A DNA stretch of 40,547 nt from Bacteroidota bacterium (GCA_035292425.1 DATDQD010000096.1:1-40547), one strand, 5' to 3'; counted from the first letter of the stretch, positions 26,584 to 35,520 are shown. Notes: generated by a model from the sequence alone, not told the origin. Numbers and translations: made by a program.

Positions 26584-29037
26584 ATGCTAAAATCCACGCT
26601 CAAGAACATATTACCCTGGCTTTCTATCCGGAGTAAGCTCATCATTGCTTTCGTCGGACTTTCCATTGTTCCGCTTGCCCTGGTCGGTTTATACAGTATT
26701 TATTTGAATGTCCGGACAATGGAGAAAACCGCCCTTGAGAATCTCACGCACGATGTTCATACCATCCGGGAAAATACTGCAAATTTTCTTGGCAGCATCG
26801 AAAGCGACCTCAGGGTTCTGCGAAATTCGTCGCCGCTTGATCGTCTCATCACGGTCCTCGAGCGGAAATCCCCCGCCCAGACCAAAGTGATTCTCGACAA
26901 TCTCCAATCTGAAGTATTATCCTTTGCGCAAACGAAGCAGATTTATTACCAAATCAGAGTTGTGGACGATGACGGAGACGAACTGTTCCGTATCGAAACA
27001 GTGGACGTTACGGACACGGCATCGATCTACCGGATGGCTGGATCGACTGAGCTGCGGCATGCACGCGAATCATTTTATTTCCTCCTTATCGATCGTCTCA
27101 GAAAAGACCAAATTGCATTTGCACCGGGAGAGCTTGTGGATGACCAGAATCGAAGGATCCCGGTCATCAGTTTTGCGATGCCGCTTATCGGATCACGGAC
27201 CAGGGTCGGCACTCTCATCGCCAATGTATTTGCAAAAAATCTTTTCCGCGTCATCGAAGCAAACCGCCATCTCGAAGTCCAGGGAAAGATCGTTCTCGTA
27301 AACAGCGATGGCCATTATCTCTATCATTCCGAGAAGAAAAAGGACTGGAACAGACTCCTGGCATCACGCGAAGAAGATAATCTCCAGCATGATTACCCGG
27401 GTTCTACTGTTGCGGCGATTCTTTCAGGGAACGAGGGTACTGTCGCAGAAGGGGTCGATGAGATAGTCTCCTATGGTCCACTGTTCTCTACGACCGTTGG
27501 TGATAAAGTTACGCCCGGTTTTACGATGCCTTATTTCGCCTTTGAAAGTGTTCCCAAAGAATTTGTCCTGGGACCGGTACGTTCTTTCGCCTGGACATTT
27601 GCAAGTTTTCTCGGGGTGTTTCTCCTTCTGGCGATCGGGTTGGGATTGTTGGCGACCAGACAATTTACCAGACCTATCGCCGAGTTACACCATGGGGCTG
27701 CCATCATCTCGAATGGGAACTACGGCCAGCGACTTCGCGTGGATACACACGACGAAATCGAAAAACTTGCGGAGCAATTCAATGCCATGGCAGCGTCACT
27801 TGAATCGCATGAACATGAGATCCAGCATCACCGGACGAAGCTCGAAGAGATGGTGAGGAAGCGAACCTTCGAGTTGAATGAAGAGAAGACGAAACTCCAG
27901 GCGATACTCGATCATGTGCCAAGCGCCATCGTTTTATTGGATAAGGATTTTCGAATCCGGAGCGCCAGTGCCGCCTTCTCAACGATCACGGGACGTCGAT
28001 TCGAGGAAGTGGGCGGCAAGGACTGTGAGGCGGTGTTTTTCAATAACAGCTTTTGTCTGGAGTGTGTGTGCAGAAAGGCGATGGCGACCGGCAAGATCGA
28101 AGGCCATGTGGATCAGACGTATGATCATAAATTGGGTGAACGGTTCATTGAACACATTGCGATTCCGATGCATGACAATGGAGAGGTTGATTCTATCCTC
28201 GAGATCATCACCGATATCACAGAGCGCAAGAGATTCGAAAAAAACCTTCTCCAGGCCGAGCGGCTTGCGGCCGCAGGCGAGATGTCGGCAATTATTGCAC
28301 ACGAGTTCCGCAACTCGCTCACTTCGATCAAGATGATCCTGCAGCTTCATGCCGAGTCGAAGAATCTGAATCGCTCGGAGAGGAAGTCGCTCGACGTAGC
28401 GCTGGATTCAATCGACCAGATGGAGAACATCGTCGCAGAGTTGCTTAACTTTGCCCGTCCGAAGCCGATGGAGGTCCACGTCAAATCATTGAACACCATC
28501 GTTGTGGAGAGTTTGGCCTTCGCTCACCAACGGATATCGAAACAGAATATCTCCGTTAAGAAAATCCTGGATGCAGAGTTACCCCCATTCCCTCTCGACG
28601 AACCGTTGATGAAAGAATCGATCATGAACGTATTGATTAATGCCGCACACGCCATCGACAACGATGTTCGGAAGACGAACCTGGGAGTAATCCAAATCCT
28701 CACCAGGCGGGAATGTCTCCGAAAGACGCTGCGAGACTTTGGCATCGACAAAAGCTGGAGGAGGGACGCCTCAAATCCGGTAGGAGCGGAAATTATCCTG
28801 CCGAAAGGCACTGATTGTGCCGTAATTGAAATCCACGATAACGGCTCCGGCATCGAACGTCAATTTCTCCCTCGAATCTTTGATCCGTTCTTCACGACGA
28901 AAACCAACGGTACGGGACTCGGCCTGCCCATGGTGAAGCGGACCGTAAACGCCCACGGCGGGATCGTCGCGGTGAGCAGCACGGTACACAAAGGAACTAC
29001 GGTGAAGTTATATTTGCCCCTTCACCATGAAGCGTGA
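26584..29037 (+). CDS. Membrane sensor histidine kinase (large periplasmic Cache-like domain, HAMP, PAS, HisKA, HATPase_c)
   Basis: Two TM helices (residues ~19-40 and ~335-358) flank a ~295-aa extracytoplasmic domain. The HAMP region is RPIAELHHGAAIISNGNYGQRLRV...EIEKLAEQFNAM. The PAS domain carries a 4-Cys cluster. The H-box is IAHEFRNSLTSI, the N box NVLINAAHAI, and the G boxes are DNGSGI and TNGTGLGL. Confidence 0.9.
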   Translation: MLKSTLKNILPWLSIRSKLIIAFVGLSIVPLALVGLYSIYLNVRTMEKTALENLTHDVHTIRENTANFLGSIESDLRVLRNSSPLDRLITVLERKSPAQTKVILDNLQSEVLSFAQTKQIYYQIRVVDDDGDELFRIETVDVTDTASIYRMAGSTELRHARESFYFLLIDRLRKDQIAFAPGELVDDQNRRIPVISFAMPLIGSRTRVGTLIANVFAKNLFRVIEANRHLEVQGKIVLVNSDGHYLYHSEKKKDWNRLLASREEDNLQHDYPGSTVAAILSGNEGTVAEGVDEIVSYGPLFSTTVGDKVTPGFTMPYFAFESVPKEFVLGPVRSFAWTFASFLGVFLLLAIGLGLLATRQFTRPIAELHHGAAIISNGNYGQRLRVDTHDEIEKLAEQFNAMAASLESHEHEIQHHRTKLEEMVRKRTFELNEEKTKLQAILDHVPSAIVLLDKDFRIRSASAAFSTITGRRFEEVGGKDCEAVFFNNSFCLECVCRKAMATGKIEGHVDQTYDHKLGERFIEHIAIPMHDNGEVDSILEIITDITERKRFEKNLLQAERLAAAGEMSAIIAHEFRNSLTSIKMILQLHAESKNLNRSERKSLDVALDSIDQMENIVAELLNFARPKPMEVHVKSLNTIVVESLAFAHQRISKQNISVKKILDAELPPFPLDEPLMKESIMNVLINAAHAIDNDVRKTNLGVIQILTRRECLRKTLRDFGIDKSWRRDASNPVGAEIILPKGTDCAVIEIHDNGSGIERQFLPRIFDPFFTTKTNGTGLGLPMVKRTVNAHGGIVAVSSTVHKGTTVKLYLPLHHEA

Positions 29038-30442
29038 CGACAAGATCGGAGCCAGCGTCCTGGTCGTCGACGACGACGAGAAAATTCTCTTCGCCTTTCA
29101 GGAAGTACTGAGGAAAGACGGTCACAGGTGCATCGTGGCCAGGAACGGCGAAGAGGCGCTGGGTCAGCTGCTCAAGGAGTCTCCCGATCTGGTGTTCATG
29201 GATATTACGATGCCGAAGCTCGATGGCATCGAGACCCTGAAGCGGATCAAGCAGCACGGGAGTCTCCTTCCGGTGATCATTATCACCGGCTACGGAACGA
29301 TGCAGACGGCGATCAGGGCGGTGCAGAGCGGGGCGTTTGAGTATCTCACCAAGCCGCTGGATGTCGAGAAAATCCGGGAGGTGACAAACAGGGCGATTTA
29401 TGCTCTCAATACCAGAGCGGCGGGGTTGAAGGAAGTTGATGTATACAGGGCGGATGTCGTGGACCGATATGACCTTGTGGGTCGAAGCGACAAGATGCAG
29501 GAAGTCTACAAGCTGATCGGCTCCATCTCGACGACGCCAAATCATACGTCGGTCTTGATTACGGGTGAGAGCGGGACAGGGAAAGAGCTCGTGGCCAGAG
29601 CCATTCATGCCAACGGCACGAATTTCGATGAGCCTTTCATCGGCATCAATTGCACTACCTTGCCGGAATCGTTGCTGGAATCAGAACTGTTCGGATACGA
29701 AAAGGGGGCGTTTACCGGCGCAACCGACCGTAAACTGGGTAAATTCGAGTTTGCAGGGAAAGGTACCATTTTCCTCGACGAAATTATAAACCTCTCGCCC
29801 AACCTCCAACAAAAACTGCTTCGGGTACTCCAGGAGAGAGAATTCGAACGACTGGGCGGAAACACCGCCATACACGCAGAGGGTCGATTCATCGCCGCCA
29901 CGAATCGTGACATCGACCACGAAGTGAAAAAGGGATTTTTCAGGGAAGACCTGTTCTATCGACTGAATATTGTCACGATCCACCTTCCTCCTTTGCGCGA
30001 ACGGAAGGAGGACATACCGATGCTCGCAAGCTATTTCCTGATGAAGTACAACGGCCATCTGAAACGGTCGGTAAAGGGATTTTCGGACGACGCCATGAGC
30101 CTTCTCCTGTCCTACAGGTATCCGGGGAATGTCCGGGAGCTCGAAAATCTCATCGAACGCGCGGTGATGCTGACGAAGGGAGATGTCGTCCTCCCGGAAA
30201 TGATCGAAGATAAACTCGCAACGTCGGTGAAAGGATCCGACACACTTCCAATCATCAGCCCGCTGTTCAGCCAATCCCGCGAACATATCCTGATGCTGTT
30301 TGAAAAACAGTTCCTGATCGGGCAGCTGATAAAGCATCACGGCAACGTAACCGCCGCCGCGAAAGCATCCGGGATGACCAGACAGAATTATCAGCGACTG
30401 ATGAAGAAGTACGACCTCAGCGCAGATCCTTATCGAACGTAA
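29027..30442 (+). CDS. Sigma-54-dependent NtrC/Fis-family response regulator (REC - AAA+ - HTH)
   Basis: REC features are VLVVDDDE, DLVFMDITMP and KP. AAA+ features are Walker A GESGTGKE, the sigma-54 contact loop GAFTGA, and GTIFLDEI. A C-terminal Fis-type HTH is present (GNVTAAAKASGMTRQNYQRLMKKY). The gene overlaps the kinase gene by 11 nt. Confidence 0.92.
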   Translation: MKRDDKIGASVLVVDDDEKILFAFQEVLRKDGHRCIVARNGEEALGQLLKESPDLVFMDITMPKLDGIETLKRIKQHGSLLPVIIITGYGTMQTAIRAVQSGAFEYLTKPLDVEKIREVTNRAIYALNTRAAGLKEVDVYRADVVDRYDLVGRSDKMQEVYKLIGSISTTPNHTSVLITGESGTGKELVARAIHANGTNFDEPFIGINCTTLPESLLESELFGYEKGAFTGATDRKLGKFEFAGKGTIFLDEIINLSPNLQQKLLRVLQEREFERLGGNTAIHAEGRFIAATNRDIDHEVKKGFFREDLFYRLNIVTIHLPPLRERKEDIPMLASYFLMKYNGHLKRSVKGFSDDAMSLLLSYRYPGNVRELENLIERAVMLTKGDVVLPEMIEDKLATSVKGSDTLPIISPLFSQSREHILMLFEKQFLIGQLIKHHGNVTAAAKASGMTRQNYQRLMKKYDLSADPYRT

Positions 30443-30487
30443 CGATGCCGGTCTGAACAAACCTCTTTTCTCCTCCCTGCTTTTCTG

Positions 30488-30542
30488 AATTTACACGCGG
30501 ATTTTCCGCCGGGCCGCCAATTTACACTGGCCACGGTGTAAA
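30488..30542. promoter_or_regulatory. Candidate enhancer (UAS) for the NtrC-type activator
   Basis: A perfect inverted repeat TTTACAC-N8-GTGTAAA (30521-30527 and 30536-30542), plus an extra direct AATTTACAC copy at 30488-30496, 31 nt upstream of the copy at 30519-30527. The palindrome centre lies about 107 nt upstream of the sigma-54 -24 element. Confidence 0.4.
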
Positions 30543-30636
30543 CTCTTTCTTGGCACTATCCGATCCGGCCTCTACCGGCTCTTCGCCAATTCCTCCAATC
30601 CGGCACGTTTCAACGCTTCATTTTTATCCGACGATC

Positions 30637-30651
30637 TGGCACGGTCCTTGT
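30637..30651 (+). promoter_or_regulatory. Sigma-54 (-24/-12) promoter candidate
   Basis: TGGCACGgtccTTGT compared with the consensus TGGCACG-N4-TTGC(A/T). The spacing is exact and there is one mismatch in the -12 element (GT for GC). It lies 38 nt upstream of the ATG at 30689 and directly downstream of a sigma-54 activator gene. Confidence 0.5.
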
Positions 30652-30688
30652 CTTTCCAGAGACACATCGGAACGAGCCGGAGTCAGGA

Positions 30689-31081
30689 ATGAGGAAACCG
30701 ACGGTTTTGGTCGTCGATGACGACGAGAATATTCTCTCCGCGTTCAACGATTTTCTGAAAAAAGAGCGCTGTGAGATGATCGCCGCCTCGAGTATGGATG
30801 AGGCAATGGGGATGCTTGAGCGGCGTCGCGTGGATGTTCTCATTGCCGACGTCAGGCTCAAGGCACAGTCGGGCGTCAAGCTCACCCTGGAGGTAAAACG
30901 CAGGCATCCCGGGATTTCAATCATTCTCATCACGGGATATCCGGAGCTCGTCAGCGAATGCGACGCTAAATCGTCCGGCGCGGATTATTTCTTCCTGAAA
31001 CCTCTGAACATTGACAAGCTCCGGGAAGCCGTGTCAATATGTTTGACGCATCGGAATACAGAACCTAAAATGCCGGTATAA
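30689..31081 (+). CDS. Stand-alone CheY-like receiver-domain protein
   Basis: It is 130 aa with the acidic pocket VVDDDE, the phospho-acceptor context VLIADVRL, the conserved T (ILITGY) and the conserved K (FLKPL). No output domain is present. Confidence 0.85.
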   Translation: MRKPTVLVVDDDENILSAFNDFLKKERCEMIAASSMDEAMGMLERRRVDVLIADVRLKAQSGVKLTLEVKRRHPGISIILITGYPELVSECDAKSSGADYFFLKPLNIDKLREAVSICLTHRNTEPKMPV

Positions 31082-31117
31082 TTAAACTCATGTATAACTC
31101 CTGGGAAGGACAACACC

Positions 31118-32365
31118 ATGAAGACCTTTGTGATCTGCGTTCTGGCGGCCGCCTGCCTGCTCGTGCTCTTCGTCGAAGACGGATGGGGCATCCCATCGTT
31201 TTCGCGAAAGTACAAGACCAGCTGCAGCACCTGCCACTACGCCTTTCCGATGCTCAATGCATTCGGTAAAGCGTTTAAAAATAACGGCTACCGTTATCCC
31301 GGTGGCGATGAGAATTATCGGAAGGAAGAACCGGTCAGTCTTGGAGCGGAAGGCTACAAGAAAGTATGGCCTGATGCCGTCTGGCCGGGTGATATGCCCG
31401 GCACCTCGCCGCTCTCGGTGCTTGCAGTCGGCCGGATCAATTACAGCGCACTGAGCAGCGTGAAGTGGGAATTCGAATTCCCGCATGAACTCGAAGTGCT
31501 TTATGCCGGCACGATAGGGGAAGACTTTTCGTTTTTTGGCGAGGTTGAGGTCGAGAATGAAGGCAATGAAACGGAAATCGCGTTCCCGTTTGCGCTGCAA
31601 TTCGATCCCGACCCCGGTTTTCATGTGCGGGTAGGTATGGTCAATGCCGATCCGACGCCTACACATCTCCGGCTTACCAGGAATCATTACAACATGGCGA
31701 GTTTAAGAACCCGGAACGGATGGCGGTTCCGCGATGAACAGATCGGACTGGAAGTGTGGGGTGCCGCCAATGGCGCCGGGGACCGGGGCGGTTTCACCTA
31801 TCGGGCAGGTGTGGTCAACGGACAGGGGATCAGCGATTTGAACCCGCAAAAGGATGTCTATGGGAAACTGACCTATAAGATCGGAGGGTTGGGTGAGATT
31901 GGGGGTACGGAGGGCGCGGAGAGCGAGGCATCGGAATTTTACGTTGACAACTCGATAACCCTCGGCGGTTTTTTTTACAGGGGGATTGCATCAAAAGAGG
32001 GGGCAGACGATGAAGACTTTACGGTGTTTGGCGGCGATGTTGATCTCTGGTACGGCCGCTTCATCGCCAACGCTTCGGTGATGTCGATGAACTCCGACAT
32101 TCCGAATACCGCTGAGCGCAAATCACTGGTGTATTATGCCCAGGGTAACTATGTCCTTTATCCGTGGCTCATCGGTCTCGTGCGGTATGAGTGGGAGGAC
32201 AAAGACACCGACAATGATGCCGTCAAGCCCGTGAATGCAGTTATCCCCGGCGTGACGGTCGTCGCCCGGGCAAACGTAAAATTCATGCTGGAGTTTAAAA
32301 AGTTTCTGGACGACGTGAACGAGAATAACGATACTTTCGTCCTGCAAATGAATTTTGGCATCTAA
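31118..32365 (+). CDS. Cyc2-like fused monohaem cytochrome c - outer-membrane beta-barrel porin (candidate)
   Basis: A signal peptide (MKTFVICVLAAACLLVLFVEDGWG) is followed immediately by IPSFSRKYKTSCSTCHYAFPMLNAFGKAFKNNGYRYPG, which carries a single CXXCH. About 370 aa of alternating hydrophobic/polar beta-strand-like sequence follow (EFEFPHELEVLYAG, FSFFGEVEVENEG, EIAFPFALQFD, FMLEFKKF, FVLQMNFGI). The Cyc2 assignment comes from recalled family features and is not verified. Confidence 0.55.
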   Translation: MKTFVICVLAAACLLVLFVEDGWGIPSFSRKYKTSCSTCHYAFPMLNAFGKAFKNNGYRYPGGDENYRKEEPVSLGAEGYKKVWPDAVWPGDMPGTSPLSVLAVGRINYSALSSVKWEFEFPHELEVLYAGTIGEDFSFFGEVEVENEGNETEIAFPFALQFDPDPGFHVRVGMVNADPTPTHLRLTRNHYNMASLRTRNGWRFRDEQIGLEVWGAANGAGDRGGFTYRAGVVNGQGISDLNPQKDVYGKLTYKIGGLGEIGGTEGAESEASEFYVDNSITLGGFFYRGIASKEGADDEDFTVFGGDVDLWYGRFIANASVMSMNSDIPNTAERKSLVYYAQGNYVLYPWLIGLVRYEWEDKDTDNDAVKPVNAVIPGVTVVARANVKFMLEFKKFLDDVNENNDTFVLQMNFGI

Positions 32366-32462
32366 TGAATGCATGGTGAATGATAAATCCGGGGGAGCAG
32401 TGTCCTCCGCTCCCCCGGATCGTATTGTCAACATGTGAATGTCTTATTGAAAGGAAAACCTC

Positions 32463-33056
32463 ATGAAACACGCGATCATCGCATTGCTCGGTTTCTCTGT
32501 TTGTCTGGTGTGCGGTGCGTACGCCGGAGACATCAAAGGCAAGGTTAAGGCCAAAGGAGCCAGACACGGCGGCGACGCCGTCGTCTACATCGACTCGATC
32601 CCGGGGAAGAAATTCGACCCCCCGAAGGAACACGCCAAGATGGACCAAAAAAACCTGACGTTCATACCGCACGTTCTTCCGATCCTCGCGGGAACGGCAG
32701 TGGACTATCTCAATAGCGACGACGTACTCCACAATGTCTTCACCCCCGAAAAATGCGCCGAAAAGTTCAACCTTGGTACGTGGCCCAAAGGGCAGGTGCG
32801 GTCTTATACTTTTAAAGAGCCCGGATGTATTCCCGTGATGCTGTGCAACGTCCATCCCGAGATGGAAGCGTATATCCTTGTTCTTGGAACACCGTACTAC
32901 GCGGTCAGCGCAAAGGATGGAAGCTATGCCCTGAAGGATATTCCTCCCGGAAAATACACCTTAAAGATCTGGCATGAAAAACTCAAGGGTGACGCGAAAG
33001 AAATCACGGTGCCTGAATCGGGAGAGATGGAGATGAATTTTGAGATAACGAAGTAA
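32463..33056 (+). CDS. Periplasmic cupredoxin-like (type-1 Cu candidate) protein with a C-terminal CarboxypepD_reg-like beta-sandwich
   Basis: A signal peptide is present. The cupredoxin_1-like pattern is LTFIPHVLPILAGTAVDYLNSDDVLHNVF ... MLCNVHPEMEAYILV, giving candidate ligands His/Cys/His/Met with amicyanin-like C-x2-H-x2-M spacing. The tail SAKDGSYALKDIPPGKYTLKIWHEKL is typical of the carboxypeptidase-regulatory-like fold. Confidence 0.6.
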   Translation: MKHAIIALLGFSVCLVCGAYAGDIKGKVKAKGARHGGDAVVYIDSIPGKKFDPPKEHAKMDQKNLTFIPHVLPILAGTAVDYLNSDDVLHNVFTPEKCAEKFNLGTWPKGQVRSYTFKEPGCIPVMLCNVHPEMEAYILVLGTPYYAVSAKDGSYALKDIPPGKYTLKIWHEKLKGDAKEITVPESGEMEMNFEITK

Positions 33057-33101
33057 TTCCCCGGTCATTCGGAAGGATCAAGGGCGGCGTGATGTCGGGA
33101 G

Positions 33102-35006
33102 ATGCACATGTCTGATCATGTGAAATTCGTCAACCTCGAATGGCTTGATTCAAATTTTCCCTGCATGGCTGCCTGCCCCGTTCATACGGAAGCGGGCCGG
33201 TATGTAGCGCTGATCGAAGAAGGTCGGTACCGGGAAGCATATCACGTCGCCCGGCGTCCAAATCCGTTTGCTTCGATCTGCGGACGCATCTGCGCGGCGC
33301 CGTGTGAGCCCGCATGCCGGCGCGGCAAGGCTGATCAACCCATTGCCATCCGTGCGCTGAAACGCTTTGTGTGTGAACGCTTCGGAGTCGAAAGCATGAT
33401 CGACCTCGAAAAATTGAAAGAGGTCTTCGGCAAAACGGTGAGGAAGAATGGTATTAAAGTCGCCGTCCTGGGCGCCGGACCCGCAGGACTTTCCTGCGCT
33501 CATGATCTCGCCCTGTTGGGCTATGAGGTAACGGTATTTGAAGCCCAGTCGGTTGCCGGAGGAATGTTGAGACTCGGTGTTCCGGAGTACCGCCTCCCCC
33601 GGGAACTGATCCGGCTTGAGGTCAACGGTATTCTCAGTCTCGGAGTCGAACTTAAACTGAACTCTGCCATCGGCCGGAATTTTACACTATCCGACCTCGA
33701 AGAGCAGGGCTATCGCGCCATCTTTATCGCAATCGGCGCTCACAAGAGCCGTGACCTGCGAATTGAAGGTGTCGAGCTTGACGGTGTCCTCCGGGCCGTC
33801 GACTTTCTCCTTAATGTGAACCTTGGCTACCGTGTCGAATTGGGGAACAAGGTCATCGTGATCGGCGGCGGCAATGTGGCGATCGATGTCGCCCGGACGG
33901 CTGCCCGGCAGGATACAATCGAGGTCGGTCATGTAACGGAAGTGGCCGAGGCGCTGGATGTTGCCCGCTCGGCTGTTCGCTTCGGCGCGAAGGAAGTGCA
34001 CATGGTTTGCCTCGAAGACTGGCGGGAGATGCCTTCTTCACGGGAGGAAATCACCGAAGCATTGGAAGAACGGATTCAGATCCATCCGCGCAAAGGTCCG
34101 GGCAAAATCATCGGACACAACGGCCGCGTTGTGGGATTTGAAACGATCGATTGTGTATCGGTCTTCGATGAACAGGGCCGCTTCAATCCGAAGTTCGCTC
34201 CGGGCACGGAGAAGTTCATGGAAGCCGATACGGTGATCATGGCGATCGGTCAGACATCCGACCTTTCATGGATTCGACCCGAAGATAAAATCGGGATCAC
34301 CCCACGGAACACCATCAAAGTCGATCCGCGCACCCTCGCCACTACAGCACCCGGCATCTTCGCGGGCGGCGATGTCTCGTTCGGTCCACGAAATGCCATC
34401 GATGCGGTCGCCAACGGAAAAAAAGCAGCTGAATCCATTCACCGGTATATCACGGGGAACGATGCTCAGCGAATCGCCCCGGAGTCCGGTGATCGTGATG
34501 TGGAAATCGTTGTCTACGACAAGGCACACTGTAACCGTGAGTGGGGCTATGAGAAGAAACACCGCATCCCCATTCCGTCACTGGCGATCGATCGGCGCAT
34601 CGGGGTTGCGCAGGTGGAGCTCGCGTACACCGAACACCAGGCCCGGGAGGAGGCGTCCCGCTGTCTCCACTGCTGGATCAATACTATTTTCGAGGCAGAG
34701 GGCGAGGGAACCGGAACGGAGTGCATTCTCTGCGGCGGATGTGTGGATATTTGCCCCGAGAACTGTATCGATCTCGTTGTGCTCGATCGGGTCGATGTTG
34801 ATCAATCGATGATCGTCGAACTTGAAAATGAATATGACGTCGTGCTTACAGGAGAAACCGAAACGTCGACGGGTTCGGTCATGATCAAAGATGAAGACAT
34901 TTGCATCCGTTGCGGACTCTGTGCGATGCGCTGTCCAGTCGGATGCATTACCATGGAAGGATACACCGTTTCGCTGACAAAACCCGAGGTAACGATTGGC
35001 CATTAG
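33102..35006 (+). CDS. GltD/NfnB-like NAD(P)H-dependent FAD oxidoreductase with an N-terminal FeS domain and a C-terminal 2x[4Fe-4S] ferredoxin domain
   Basis: Fer4_20-like Cys pattern (CMAACPVHTE...ICGRICAAPCEPACRRG). Two Rossmann motifs (VAVLGAGPAGLSCAHDLALLGYEVTVFE and VIVIGGGNVAIDVARTA) and AGGD are present. The C-terminal cluster motifs are CILCGGCVDICPENC and CIRCGLCAMRCPVGC. There is no signal peptide. The start may be the ATG at 33108 (GGGAGA Shine-Dalgarno). Confidence 0.85.
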   Translation: MHMSDHVKFVNLEWLDSNFPCMAACPVHTEAGRYVALIEEGRYREAYHVARRPNPFASICGRICAAPCEPACRRGKADQPIAIRALKRFVCERFGVESMIDLEKLKEVFGKTVRKNGIKVAVLGAGPAGLSCAHDLALLGYEVTVFEAQSVAGGMLRLGVPEYRLPRELIRLEVNGILSLGVELKLNSAIGRNFTLSDLEEQGYRAIFIAIGAHKSRDLRIEGVELDGVLRAVDFLLNVNLGYRVELGNKVIVIGGGNVAIDVARTAARQDTIEVGHVTEVAEALDVARSAVRFGAKEVHMVCLEDWREMPSSREEITEALEERIQIHPRKGPGKIIGHNGRVVGFETIDCVSVFDEQGRFNPKFAPGTEKFMEADTVIMAIGQTSDLSWIRPEDKIGITPRNTIKVDPRTLATTAPGIFAGGDVSFGPRNAIDAVANGKKAAESIHRYITGNDAQRIAPESGDRDVEIVVYDKAHCNREWGYEKKHRIPIPSLAIDRRIGVAQVELAYTEHQAREEASRCLHCWINTIFEAEGEGTGTECILCGGCVDICPENCIDLVVLDRVDVDQSMIVELENEYDVVLTGETETSTGSVMIKDEDICIRCGLCAMRCPVGCITMEGYTVSLTKPEVTIGH

Positions 35007-35012
35007 GAAGGA

Positions 35013-35510
35013 ATGATCATGAACGAAGAGCATGCCCGCGGAAAGCATACCACCGGACTTACCACGCGCCGCTATTTTCTCGAAGTCGTCGGGGGCGGCG
35101 CCATCGGCATTGCCGCCGCCGGCAGTGTTGTCCTGACCGCACAATTTCTCTCCCCCAATGTTTTGCTCGAACCTTCATTGAAATTCAAGGCCGGTTCTCC
35201 GGAGAATTATGCACCAGCATCCGTCACGTTGCTGAAAGAGCAGAAGGTCTTCATCGTCCGGGCACGAGAAGGCTATTTCTATGCTCTGTCCGCGATCTGC
35301 ACGCATCTCGGCTGTATTGCGAACTGGAAGCCGGAAGACGGCATCATCGCCTGTCCTTGTCACGGCAGCAAGTTCGGACAGGATGGAAAAGTTCTCGACG
35401 GGCCTGCGCCGGGACCATTGCCGAGGTTTTCCATGACCCTGGATGAACAGGGGCGACTGGTTATTGACAAAGGTGTCCCGGGAGGTGAAGAAGAAATTTT
35501 AAAGGTGTAA
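35013..35510 (+). CDS. Rieske [2Fe-2S] subunit with a Tat signal
   Basis: A twin-arginine leader ([21 protein letters not shown]) and cluster boxes CTHLGC and CPCHGSKF. The gene lies only 6 nt after the flavoprotein stop. The ATG at 35019 has better spacing from the AGGAAGGA Shine-Dalgarno. Confidence 0.9.
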   Translation: MIMNEEHARGKHTTGLTTRRYFLEVVGGGAIGIAAAGSVVLTAQFLSPNVLLEPSLKFKAGSPENYAPASVTLLKEQKVFIVRAREGYFYALSAICTHLGCIANWKPEDGIIACPCHGSKFGQDGKVLDGPAPGPLPRFSMTLDEQGRLVIDKGVPGGEEEILKV

Positions 35511-35520
35511 GGGATTGACG

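Noticed and set aside
28997-30460. Minus-strand ORFs 28997-29608 and 29681-30460
   Set aside because: They are antisense to the unambiguous NtrC-type gene (GESGTGKE, GAFTGA).
30551-30565. A second TGGCAC hexamer upstream of the receiver gene
   Set aside because: The -12 position reads GATC instead of TTGC, so it is not a credible sigma-54 promoter. The site at 30637-30651 is far better.
31088-35144. Minus-strand ORFs 31088-31687, 32295-32855 and 34578-35144
   Set aside because: They are antisense to the porin-cytochrome, cupredoxin, and flavoprotein/Rieske genes respectively, and none has a recognisable motif.
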